64,000 bases of DNA from Octopus bimaculoides. Its lineage: Eukaryota. Made by a program: the position numbers and the translations under genes. Below, piece after piece: positions 53,575 to 64,000 of the stretch. How positions within the stretch are numbered: position 1 is the stretch's first letter; every line of letters begins with the position of its first letter. The notes under the pieces are model-generated. The model saw nothing but the letters and a program-made list of their open reading frames with translations. It was not told the origin of the DNA and searched no databases. The DNA lies in assembly GCF_001194135.2 (NCBI RefSeq), contig NC_068984.1, positions 25,566,355 to 25,630,354 on the forward strand, in the 5' to 3' direction.

Positions 53575-53870
53575 AACTTATCAGACTGATCTAGTTTTCA
53601 TTGCTGAATCTGTCAAGTATTATTGAAAATGTTCCTAACACAGAAGAATGGTGTATAACTCAAAAGCTTCAAGACCAACATACCAGAAAATATCAATTTG
53701 TAACAGAATGCAAGACATCTGTATCAACTGGAAAATAGCTATGCTTGACATAATCCAAAGAAACAGAGTGAAACTTGGCACTGAGTACTCAAGTAATGCA
53801 AATAATCGGTGCACAAAAGATCTAAAAATCTCTGGGAAATTGACAGGAAGCTGGAGACTACGGAAGTGAT
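53575..53870 (+). mobile_element. Highly degenerate RTE RT fragment
   Basis: YQTDLVFIAESV (about YADDLALIAESV) and NRCTKDLKISGKLT (about HKRCSNIKGRLT). Confidence 0.4.
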
Positions 53871-54007
53871 AAATTTATTGGAGTAAGCATAAAATATACT
53901 TCTGATATATCCATGAATACTGATGTGGCTTTCTAGATGTAGATAATTTCTGTCATCTGCATGACTTCATTATCACTAAAGATGGTTGTAGTATTAGTAT
54001 ATAGTAA

Positions 54008-54381
54008 ATTATTTACATTTGACGGATATTTGTCCTCATCTTGTTTGTTGTTAACACAACATTTCAGCTGATATACCCTCCAGCCTTCATCAGGTGTCTT
54101 GGGGAAATTTCAAACCGCGGTTCTCATTCCTAAGGTATCTTTCAAAGTTATTTATTCAGATCACTGCCTGGAATCGAATCCAGGCAGTGACCTGAATAAT
54201 AATAATAATATCAAAAGATACCTCAGGAATGAGAACCCAGGTTTGAAATTTCCCCAAGACACCTGATGAAGGCTGGAGGGTATATCAGCTGAAATGTTGT
54301 GTTAACAACAAACAAGATGAGGACAAATATCCGTCAAATGTAAATAATGTATATAATTCCTCATCCCTTAAATATAGAACT
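54008..54381. mobile_element. Penelope-like foldback insertion with 17-bp TSD
   Basis: Arms 54008-54172 and 54179-54348 inverted, outer 109 bp identical; TSD GTATTAGTATATAGTAA at 53991-54007 and 54382-54398. Confidence 0.8.
54258..54303 (+). ncRNA. Minimal type I hammerhead ribozyme motif (mirror copy on - strand at about 54053-54098)
   Basis: Helix I GACAC/GTGTT, core CTGATGA, helix II GGCTGG/TCAGCT, GAAA, helix III reduced to A(T)GT, putative cleavage triplet GUU. Confidence 0.6.
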
Positions 54382-54510
54382 GTATTAGTATATAGTAAGG
54401 TAAATATGAAATTTTACATACATTTCCTCTGCTGGCGTCAAAGAGTTTCTCTTTCTGTGTAAAAAAATAGACTCCATAGAAGCCTGTGTAAAGTATGTGA
54501 TGCTGTAAGG

Positions 54511-54785
54511 CAGTGATTCCCAAACATTTTCAGGCTGCTACCCCCTTGATACCCAGACCACATTCCTAGCGCCCTCACTCTGACTAACCATCACAAAGAT
54601 AGACTTCTTTCTGAAGCAAATTCAAAGCAATTGTATTTCACAAATAAAACTTAACTTAATGAACCCATTATTTTGTTGCTTTTACATGAATCACTACCCC
54701 ATTATCACCCCACTTCAATACCCCCTTGAAACTTTCCACCACCACCCCAGGGGAGGGGCAATACTGCCCACTTTGGGAACCACTG
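54511..54785. mobile_element. hAT-like MITE
   Basis: TIR CAGTGATTCCCAAA / TTTGGGAACCACTG; TSD CTGTAAGG / ATATAAGG (6/8); colinear with 44869-45126. Confidence 0.85.
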
Positions 54786-55249
54786 ATATAAGGTACTGAG
54801 ACATGGGTATTGAGTATAGAAAAATCTGTCGTGGCTGAAAGAAATAAGGCAGTTGTGATCCATTGGATGAGAGAAATTAACTGTATGAAAGGGGTAAGAG
54901 ACATTTTGGCAAAGATGTTTTGGAGCCACGTATTTGACATTACTGATGCTACTCTAACTTACTTGACATCAGACATTTTAATGTTGTTTTTCTTTCCCTC
55001 TGTTTATGTATGTGAACATCTAGCTATGTTCATATGTACGTGTAAGAACTCTTCCTCTCCCTATCTCTATCTGTACATGTATATTTCTGCACATACATGC
55101 AAGTGGTGTGCATTTGCTTCCAGTGCTAAAACATACTGTCACCAAAACAAGCTGAATGTCCAGTCAGTTGTGTCAAACAGTCAGTGTCCTAACAGCCTCT
55201 TCCAAACACCTCATTCCAGCATGAGAGGTAGAGAGAGTAGCTTAGGAAT

Positions 55250-55410
55250 TGAAGGAAACAGAAGCACTGGTTTGGACATGTCATGTGAATGAATGATGAA
55301 CATTATGTGAAAAAGTGCCATGTATAGAAGTGGTAAGGTCAGATCTCAAGATACTGGGTCTCACAGATGTGATGACAAAAGAGTAAGATCAGCTATGATG
55401 ATATGCAAAC
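55250..55410 (+). mobile_element. Degenerate RTE C-terminal fragment
   Basis: KHWFGHVM*MNDEHYVKKC and VVRSDLKILGLT; similar remnant near 49500-49620. Confidence 0.5.
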
Positions 55411-56567
55411 TTTTTCAACACACATCAAGACAGAAAAAAAAACAACATTAAAATGATCATCATATGACACATGGAAAATATTTTGGCTGGTTAATATTTT
55501 GATTCATATAAAAAAAATAAAAAATAGTGCATCCAAAACAGACAAAAAACTTATACAACTTCAGATAAAGTGGATTCTTCATATTTTTTATCTTCATTTA
55601 TTTCAAAAGAATGGTTTTTGGTTCAACCATGTTGAATGAAAAATAATAATAATAAAAGTGAATAAATAAAAAATAACAATGTTTTAAATTCAAAACAATA
55701 GGTTATATTCTTTTACTAGTTCTAACCAGTTGGCTGTGACCATGCTGGGTCGACGCCATTTTGTTGTTTTTAGTTAATACAAGTTTTATGAGTTAAGTTA
55801 ATCTACATACAAACTTCATATATTATACATACACAAGTACACACAGACACAGAGAGGCAAACAGATGGACTGAACTATAGAAAATGTAGATATATATATA
55901 TAGAGAGAGAGAGTGATCAATAAATGTGCATGCCATTGTAAACAAATGTCTACGTCAGGTATTTTTATCATTATTTTTATAAATATGAAAGATACTGTCA
56001 GAGCAAGACATACATACTTATAAAGATATAAAAATAAAAAAATATCCTCACATCTGGGTTGTTGTTTTTTTTTTTGTTTTTTCTTTCAACCATTTATTTC
56101 AGAACATATGACAAAGAATGGAGTCTTAATAAAAGAATAAACAAACAAGCGATCAAACAAAGCTTACAATATTCATACTGATACGATAAATGTCTAAACT
56201 TTATATAGACTGTTTTGGAATGGAAGAAATGCCGTATTCCAAAGTTTATCTACAAACATAGCTGTCTGGTTAGAAATAGATTCAGCTTTCATAATAATAG
56301 ATCACACCCCAAGCCTTAGTTATGGAGGAAAAAGAAAAAGGTAAAATTTCCCACAGTCCTGCCAATGAAGAGAAGACCATTATAAAAGAGACAAGAAGAA
56401 TAAAAGAAATCTAAAACTATATAATATATATATATACGTACACACATTTATATAAATATAATGTGGTGTGTGTATGCACATATATATATACACCCACCCA
56501 CACAATTCTATGTAACATATAGTATTTATATATACACCTATATACCTATCTCTCTCTCTCGCTCTCT

Positions 56568-56793
56568 AAGGATTAAGACATAAACTCAAATTAGGCAATC
56601 AATTTTTTTACACATACCCATACAGTAATAAATTCAACTTAAAATGCATATGTGTATATATATATATATCATCATCATCATCGTTTAACGTCCGCTTTCC
56701 ATGCTAGCATGGGTTGGACGATTTGACTGAGGACTGGTGAACCGGATGGCTATACCAGGCTCCAATCTAATTTGGCAGAGTTTNNNNNNNNNN

Positions 56794-56852
<59 letters not shown>

Positions 56853-57012
56853 TAATACATATCGACATATATAAATATCTTTTAAAATATAAATAGATAT
56901 ATATATAAATATATATTCATGTATGTCAATATGCATTTTAAGTTGAATTTATAACTGAACGGGTATGTATAAAAAATTGATTGCCTATTTTGAGTTTTAT
57001 ATCTTAATTCTT
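56568..57012. repeat. About 83-bp inverted repeat enclosing microsatellite, RTE tail and a gap
   Basis: 56568-56650 is about 90% identical to the reverse complement of 56930-57012. Confidence 0.7.
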
Positions 57013-57231
57013 ATCCTTTGTCTTGGGTTCGACCCGAGCATTTCTTAAGCAGTTCTATATATAATATAATATATAAATATATACACACAAAATATTTCAC
57101 AAAGCTAACAGTCTAATTTCTCAAGAACTAACAGTCTAATTCACATAGAATAATTTTACAAAATTATCTTACTTAATACACTACAAAATAAGGGTCTATC
57201 TTATTGTAGACTACTATGATTATCTGATCAA

Positions 57232-57273
<42 letters not shown>

Positions 57274-58123
57274 AGAGAGAGAGAGAGAGAGAGGTACACA
57301 CACAATGGACTTCTGGTCTCAATGTATTGGTTAACCTGAGGCTGCAGTAAGACTTAACCTGAAACTACAAAGTTGTGAGGTAAATCCATTAACCATACAG
57401 CCATTTCTGAGCCTATATCTATAGAGGATCACAAATCAACAGTCATTACAGAGATGGATAGACTCCCAATTCATACCTCAATGAGGTCAATTTCACATTA
57501 TATCCCTTCAGAGTGCAATTAATAATGAAGTATCAATCCTAGGCCATGCTTAGTGCTTAGGATGTTGCATTCATGACTGCAAGACCATGGCTTTGATTCC
57601 TTAACCAAGTGGTATGTTGTATTCTTGCTCAAAACAATTCATTTCACATTGCTCCAGTCCACTCGGCTGTAAATGAGTAACCCTATGACAGATTGGCATC
57701 CAAGTCATGAAAAATGTTGTAATCTCAGTCACCATGGAAACCAGGTAATCAGCCTTATGAGTCCTTGGGCTCAAGCCAGTAATGTCCACCTTCCCTTAAT
57801 CTTTCTCTCCAGAAGAAATCAACAGCGATCATATCTAGAGAGGGACAGGTTTCACTATATGTCCAATATACTTTAAGTTACAACAGCTCACTAGGCAAGG
57901 CATATCTCCATATTTACAGATACTTATATCTATGGATATATATACTATTTCTTGTTTGACACTTTTATTGCCTTGAATCTGTTTTTAAGGCTCAACAGAC
58001 AAACTCCTTATACCCTCGCTCTTTTCTCTGTCACATAGAGAAAAATTTGCTTTGGGTTTTCTTTTCATGACCTGTCACTCATTATAACATCTAATTATCA
58101 GTAATTTGTATTGTCTCATTAAG

Positions 58124-58290
58124 GACCAAGTATAGTTCTATGGTTAAGAAGTTTGCTTCCAACCTACATAGTTTCAGGTTCAGTCTCACCATATGGCACC
58201 CTGGGCAAGTATCTTCTACTATATCTCTGGGCCAACCAAAGCCTTGTGAGTGGATTTAGTAGATAGAAACTTAAAGAAGGCTGTCACATG
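58124..58290 (+). mobile_element. SINE family B head
   Basis: Colinear with 53076-53235. Confidence 0.7.
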
Positions 58291-61200
58291 TGTGTGTGTG
58301 TGTGTGTGTGCGTGCGTGCGTGCATGCGCGTATGCATGCTCACACACTTGGACCTCCTTGTTTTGACATCGTGTGATTGTTGTAAACAAATGTCATTCAT
58401 TTCCAATATTCTGTGAAAACCTGTTTGACCATAGAACTTGCTTAGAAACTGGTAAGGCTTGGCAACAGGGAAGGTATCCAACCATAGAAATTCTGCCCCA
58501 ATAAATTCCATCTAACCCATGCAAGCATGGAAATGTGGACATTAAAGCAGGGATGTTTATATATATATCCCAGCCCTTGAAGGGTACATTCTGTGAGAAA
58601 TGAGAATATTATCGTCTGTTTCTACTCTTACAAAACTGTCAAATACACCCTTATACACACATAAATCTGAGAATTTTAAGAGAGAGAAACTGGGGAATTG
58701 TAACATTCGTGTAATCCAAGTAAAGTGGTTACAACTCTGGGAAACCAAAACTGATTTGCTAAGAACTTTCTGCTGCCATACAGTCCCAATCACAAGAACA
58801 ACATCAACAACAACAATACATTAACATGTTTCTTTCCCTTATTTATAGTTCAGTTATTCCACCATCAATCAACATTATACCATATGCTATAAAATTGAGT
58901 AGCTTTATTATAAGTGCCAAACATATGTCTTAGATAAAGCTTCATATTACTCAGTTTCATTTAACATTTTTAAATGGCCAGATTGCCTCTGACACTATTT
59001 AGAACTGAGTCTGCTTTATCTTCTTAAAAGCTTGATACTTTACACTGTTATATTGAAATTCCTACCTTCATTAAATGAGAGTCAATGAAGGTAGTAAAGA
59101 GATAGTATTCTTTAACAATTCTAATGATAAGGACACTATAACACATGCAAGGATTAAAACCAAGGAAACTGTGAACAGCTATTTAAATAAAACAAGAACA
59201 GATTATATGCTTCAGGTATCAGGAATTTCATGATTAATATCAATTTCATTGGGATTTTTATAGTAAAGAAGTTAATTCCTTAGATACCAAATACCAAGAT
59301 GCCATCCATGCAGAACATGTATTCCCTAAGTTAAAACATTTAATAAAATGAAATCATACTAATTAATAGGTTTGAAGTTGATGGAAGACATTTTAATACA
59401 CTTGAAGTATTCAGTTGATCTATTGAAAACAAAATAGTTTGTTTTTTTTTACAGCTTTCTTTCTTTCCTCAGGTCGAATGATATTTTTAGAACAGTCTTT
59501 ACAGAGATCCTAATGTGATACCAACCTTTGAATTGATTTCAACAAACAAGAGTTCTATAATAAGAATGTTTGATTGCCATGACAATAATAAAAATGTGTG
59601 ATAAAGAACAATATTGTTTGCAGAGGTACAGAAATATTGAGAGAAAAAAAATTATAGTAGGAGGTTGTAGGAGAATATTGAGAAAACAATAACAGAAATA
59701 GAAATATGTATATATATANNNNNNNNNNNNNNNNNNNNNNNNNNNNNNNNNNNNNNNNNNNNNNNNNNNNNNNNNNNNNNNNNNNNNNNNNNNNNNNNNN
59801 NNNNNNNNNNNNNNNNNNNNNNNNNNNNNNNNNNNNNNNNNNNNNNNNNNNNNNNNNNNNNNNNNNNNNNNNNNNNNNNNNNNNNNNNNNNNNNNNNNNN
59901 NNNNNNNNNNNNNNNNNNNNNNNNNNNNNNNNNNNNNNNNNNNNNNNNNNNNNNNNNNNNNNNNNNNNNNNNNNNNNNNNNNNNNNNNNNNNNNNNNNNN
60001 NNNNNNNNNNNNNNNNNNNNNNNNNNNNNNNNNNNNNNNNNNNNNNNNNNNNNNNNNNNNNNNNNNNNNNNNNNNNNNNNNNNNNNNNNNNNNNNNNNNN
60101 NNNNNNNNNNNNNNNNNNNNNNNNNNNNNNNNNNNNNNNNNNNNNNNNNNNNNNNNNNNNNNNNNNNNNNNNNNNNNNNNNNNNNNNNNNNNNNNNNNNN
60201 NNNNNNNNNNNNNNNNNNNNNNNNNNNNNNNNNNNNNNNNNNNNNNNNNNNNNNNNNNNNNNNNNNNNNNNNNNNNNNNNNNNNNNNNNNNNNNNNNNNN
60301 NNNNNNNNNNNNNNNNNNNNNNNNNNNNNNNNNNNNNNNNNNNNNNNNNNNNNNNNNNNNNNNNNNNNNNNNNNNNNNNNNNNNNNNNATATATATTTGC
60401 AATAATACTAAAGCTTTTAAACTCCTAACAAACATTTTTTTTATAATTTATTTTAAATTCATTTCCTATGATTGTATAAATGATGATGTTTAATAAGAAT
60501 TCAAAAGCATTTCTTTTAATAATTAAGATTCTGAATTTTAAAGATTATCTAATTATCATTCTTTATCGTCATTATTTCAGTTCCCACTGTTCCATGCTTG
60601 GAAGGATCAGAGAAAACTTGTTGATGCAAGATTTTTAAGAGGACTGAGTCCTCTTTGTTGCCAACCCTACTTGTTTCCAAGCAAGGTAATATTTTCTCCT
60701 ATGATGATGATTAATTTCAAATGATGTTAAACATAAGTTAATACTGTAGTAGAGTTGTGAACCCTAATACCAATTAAATCAATCTTATCATTACCTTTTC
60801 AAAAAGAGAGAAAAAAAAAGAAGTAAAAATCATAACAAATTTTGATTTTATCTATGTGCAATTTATTATTCTCATTACTGTCCCAGCCCTGTTGTATGCA
60901 AAGGCCAAAGTTCCTTTTCTCAAATTCTTACACATGAATAATCTTTATACCTTTCTATGGAAATATAACACCCATCATGCAACCAATTGGCAGAAATTCT
61001 ATCTAGAGACGACAGTGATAGAAGTGACACTAATACTATTTAGCTCTAATTATTGACAGTATTGTATAAAATGCCTAACAAAGATTCATTACACTCCTTT
61101 ACATTCTGCTTCCAAACCTGCCAGGGTCTCATTCCTCCAGGGGAGGGCATGGGGGTAGGTGGATCAAAGTTAGAATAATCAGCTACTGGAATTGTTTCAA

Positions 61201-61504
61201 TCAATTATATGACTACTACAAATTGAAGATTACTGTGTCAATGTAAGAGATCAATATAAGAAATCTCACTAACAGCTTTAAGAATAATTAATTTGACGCT
61301 TTGGATGGCAGGATGAACAAAAAAAAGACAAATTGAGGAAATATTGCTGAAATCTAACACCATGTGTTGATTATCCAGCTTTAACCCTTTCACTGAATGG
61401 TGTTTTATAAATCCCACCTTTGTATGTTTTGCAAAAAAACAAAAATAATAATAACTACAGATCATTTTAATTAAGCAAAAGCAAATTTTATGCAGTGATT
61501 TATT

Positions 61505-61903
61505 ATTCTTTTATTCTTTTATTTTTATTTCTTTCAGACATTAAACTGTGGCCATGCTGGGGCACCACCTTGAAGAATTTTAGTCAAACCGATCAACCCC
61601 AATACGTATTTTTTAAGCCTGGTGCATATTCTATCGGTGTCTTTTGCTGAACTGCTAAGTTACAGGGATGTAAACACACCAACAACAGTTGTCAAACGGT
61701 GGGAGGGGGACAACAAAATCAAGCACAAACAGACACACACACACACATGATGAGATTCTTTCAGTTTCCATCTACCAAATCCACTCACAAGGTTTTGGTC
61801 GGCCCAACACGATAGTAAAGGACACTTGCCCAAGGTGCTACACAGTGGGACAGAACCTGGAACCATGTGGTTGGGAAGCAAACTTCTTACCACACAGCCA
61901 TGC
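61505..61903 (-). mobile_element. SINE family B-related copy
   Basis: Colinear with 22973-23401, more diverged. Confidence 0.8.
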
Positions 61904-62352
61904 CGTCCATATTTTCTTGTACTGTTCCATCCAGAGTTTTACTATCCATAGTATTTTGCACAGTCCCATCCTGCAGATGTTGCTTTTTTAGATATTTTGC
62001 ATGGACTAGTGTCTCCTATGTTAAATACTTAAGGAAATTACTAATGAAGGTGAGGACTTATCTAATGAAATCATATTGAATCTTAGCACATTCATCAGTC
62101 ACGTCAACTGTTAACACAATATCCTATTCATATTCTAATCCCAACAAAGATATTTTTTAATGCATTTAAAGTATAAGTACCATACCTGGTTTAAATAATT
62201 TATTTCTAAGAAAAATCACAACCCCTCTAACTCCCTAGTGCTCCCTTGTGAGTTTACAATGTCACCACCAGGAGTGTTGCCATCCAGGTTAAGAAACACT
62301 GATTTAGAGCCAGATGTTAAAGTGATAGTATGTGTTCCCTCATTACAAGATA

Positions 62353-62932
62353 TTGGGTTGTCCGGAAAGTTCATGCCGATTTATAGTAGCTTACCTTTCG
62401 ACTTATTTTAGAACATGGTTGAGTCCATAAAATAGGATTTGACTACACAGTTTAAGCTATCTTTTTGTGGAAGAAGGTTTATGTTCCTATAACCTGTGTT
62501 AATTCTGTAACCCTTTAAAATGGAAGGTAAGAAAGTTCATTTTCAGCACTTGATGCTTTTTTTTTTCCGTAAAGGGAAAACTGCCTCACAAGCAACCAAA
62601 GAAATATGCGCAGTTTACGGTGATGTTTCTTTATCTGAAAGAACTGTACAGAAGTGGTTCGCACGGTTCCGAGCTGGAGAATGTAGCCTTATTGATAAAG
62701 AGCGATCAGGCAGACCATCCACTACAGATGATGACCAAATCAAGTCATTAATTGAGAATAACCCACATTGCACAACCCGAGAATTGACAGAAAGCCTCAA
62801 CCTATCAAAATCCATCGTTCACGAGCACCTGGTAAAGCTTGGGTACACAAATCGCTACAATGTTTGGGTACCACATTAGTTGAGTGAGAAGAACCTTTTG
62901 GAAAATCGGCACGAACTTTCCGGACAACCCAA
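62353..62932 (+). mobile_element. Internally deleted mariner transposon (580 bp)
   Basis: 30-bp TIRs TTGGGTTGTCCGGAAAGTTC(A/G)TGCCGATTT match 29/30; TA TSD at 62351-62352 and 62933-62934. Confidence 0.93.
62520..62879 (+). pseudogene. Mariner transposase N-terminal DNA-binding region (119 aa), catalytic domain absent
   Basis: HTH-like RTVQKWFARF, RSGRP, second HTH and WVPH*L (WVPHEL linker with stop). Confidence 0.9.
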
Positions 62933-63761
62933 TAGAATACACTATACAGCATTTAGGCTTTCATTTAGGAGAAATTATCTTTCATCCTTATAATCTTTAA
63001 TAAACCAGCATTTGTTTCTTACATACTTCCTCAAACTCAATTGTCAGCAACTTGGAAGGAATAAAACATCTGTAGAAACAGCAGTAAACATCAGACTGTG
63101 CTACAGTTAAAAGAATCAATCAAATACGCAACTGAAACTTTTTTCTTTTTATCATTGAAACTTAGTTTACATACCATATGTTAAATTTCCAAGAGAACCA
63201 TCAATAACATTTTTAAAGTTTGTAAAAGTAGAAGAAAATAAAACATTAAAATAATATTAACATTTAATTTTTTTAGTAATTTTACATATATTGATCTGAA
63301 TGTACTTATATGCAAATACACACACACATATACAAACTATAAACACACAAGTTTGTTTTTTGTCCACAATTCTATTTCAGAGTAACACTTGCTCTGGGCT
63401 TGGAAGTGAAAAATCTAAAGCTTAATAACCAGGAAATATATTTACTGTATGAATATCAGTTTGAGGAATAATTATAAATCAATTCAAATTTTCATTGCTA
63501 AAAATTCACTCATATTTTTCTTCATACTCCTCCTCCCTTCCCCCACTGTTACATTTGAGAACTGGAAACTTGAGTATCTTGCTTAAGCTGTATACAAGAT
63601 TTTTTCTTTCTTTTCTTTTTCAGAAGTTACTTGATCTGAAGCCATATTTTGGAACTGAAACAATTACATCATTGAAAAGCCATTTACAAAACACAAAAAA
63701 CTTACATTCACTTTTAATATATTTTGTGACCTATCAAAGTTTTCATCACGTTACTGGATAC

Positions 63762-63810
63762 CTAGTCATTAACACAATTCCAATTGCAGTGGAATTGTGT
63801 TAGTGACTAG
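63762..63810 (+). other. 21-bp hairpin, pre-miRNA-like
   Basis: CTAGTCATTAACACAATTCCA - ATTGCAG - TGGAATTGTGTTAGTGACTAG: 20 Watson-Crick pairs plus one G-U. Confidence 0.85.
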
Positions 63811-64000
63811 ATCGCTCTTCTACAATGTAATTGCTATATTTTGTTTTTTTCTTTTATGGTTCAAATTTCTAGATGACTTAGTGTTTGAATAAAATAAGTT
63901 GTTTTTTTTGTTTGTTTTTTAAATTTTATTCTATAGGAAATGTTGAATTCCTTGCCAAGAATGCTAGTGATGGTAGACACATGCACAAACAATCAATGTT

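Overview
AT-rich (roughly 65-70% by eye), microsatellite- and gap-rich eukaryotic DNA, most likely a coleoid cephalopod (Octopus-like repeat families; inference, no search run). No recognisable intact protein-coding gene, rRNA, true tRNA or CRISPR array. The window is dominated by several tRNA-headed SINE families, truncated RTE-type LINE pieces, many MITEs (TTAA/piggyBac-like, 8-bp-TSD hAT-like, TA-flanked) that are often nested, and one internally deleted mariner. A few repeat-free segments with strong splice signals suggest a minus-strand, mostly non-coding spliced transcript. Best second-look items: (1) a 374-bp Penelope-like foldback with a 17-bp TSD carrying a minimal hammerhead ribozyme motif in each arm (54008-54381); (2) an RTE reverse transcriptase with a C4HC3 PHD-type finger inside the RT region; (3) a pre-miRNA-like hairpin at 63762-63810; (4) candidate non-coding/uORF exons at 47.6-48.7 kb and 3.5-3.9 kb; (5) a TTAA-flanked telomere-repeat palindrome inside a MITE; (6) a young mariner retaining only its DNA-binding domain. 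I cannot establish that any of these is undescribed without database searches.
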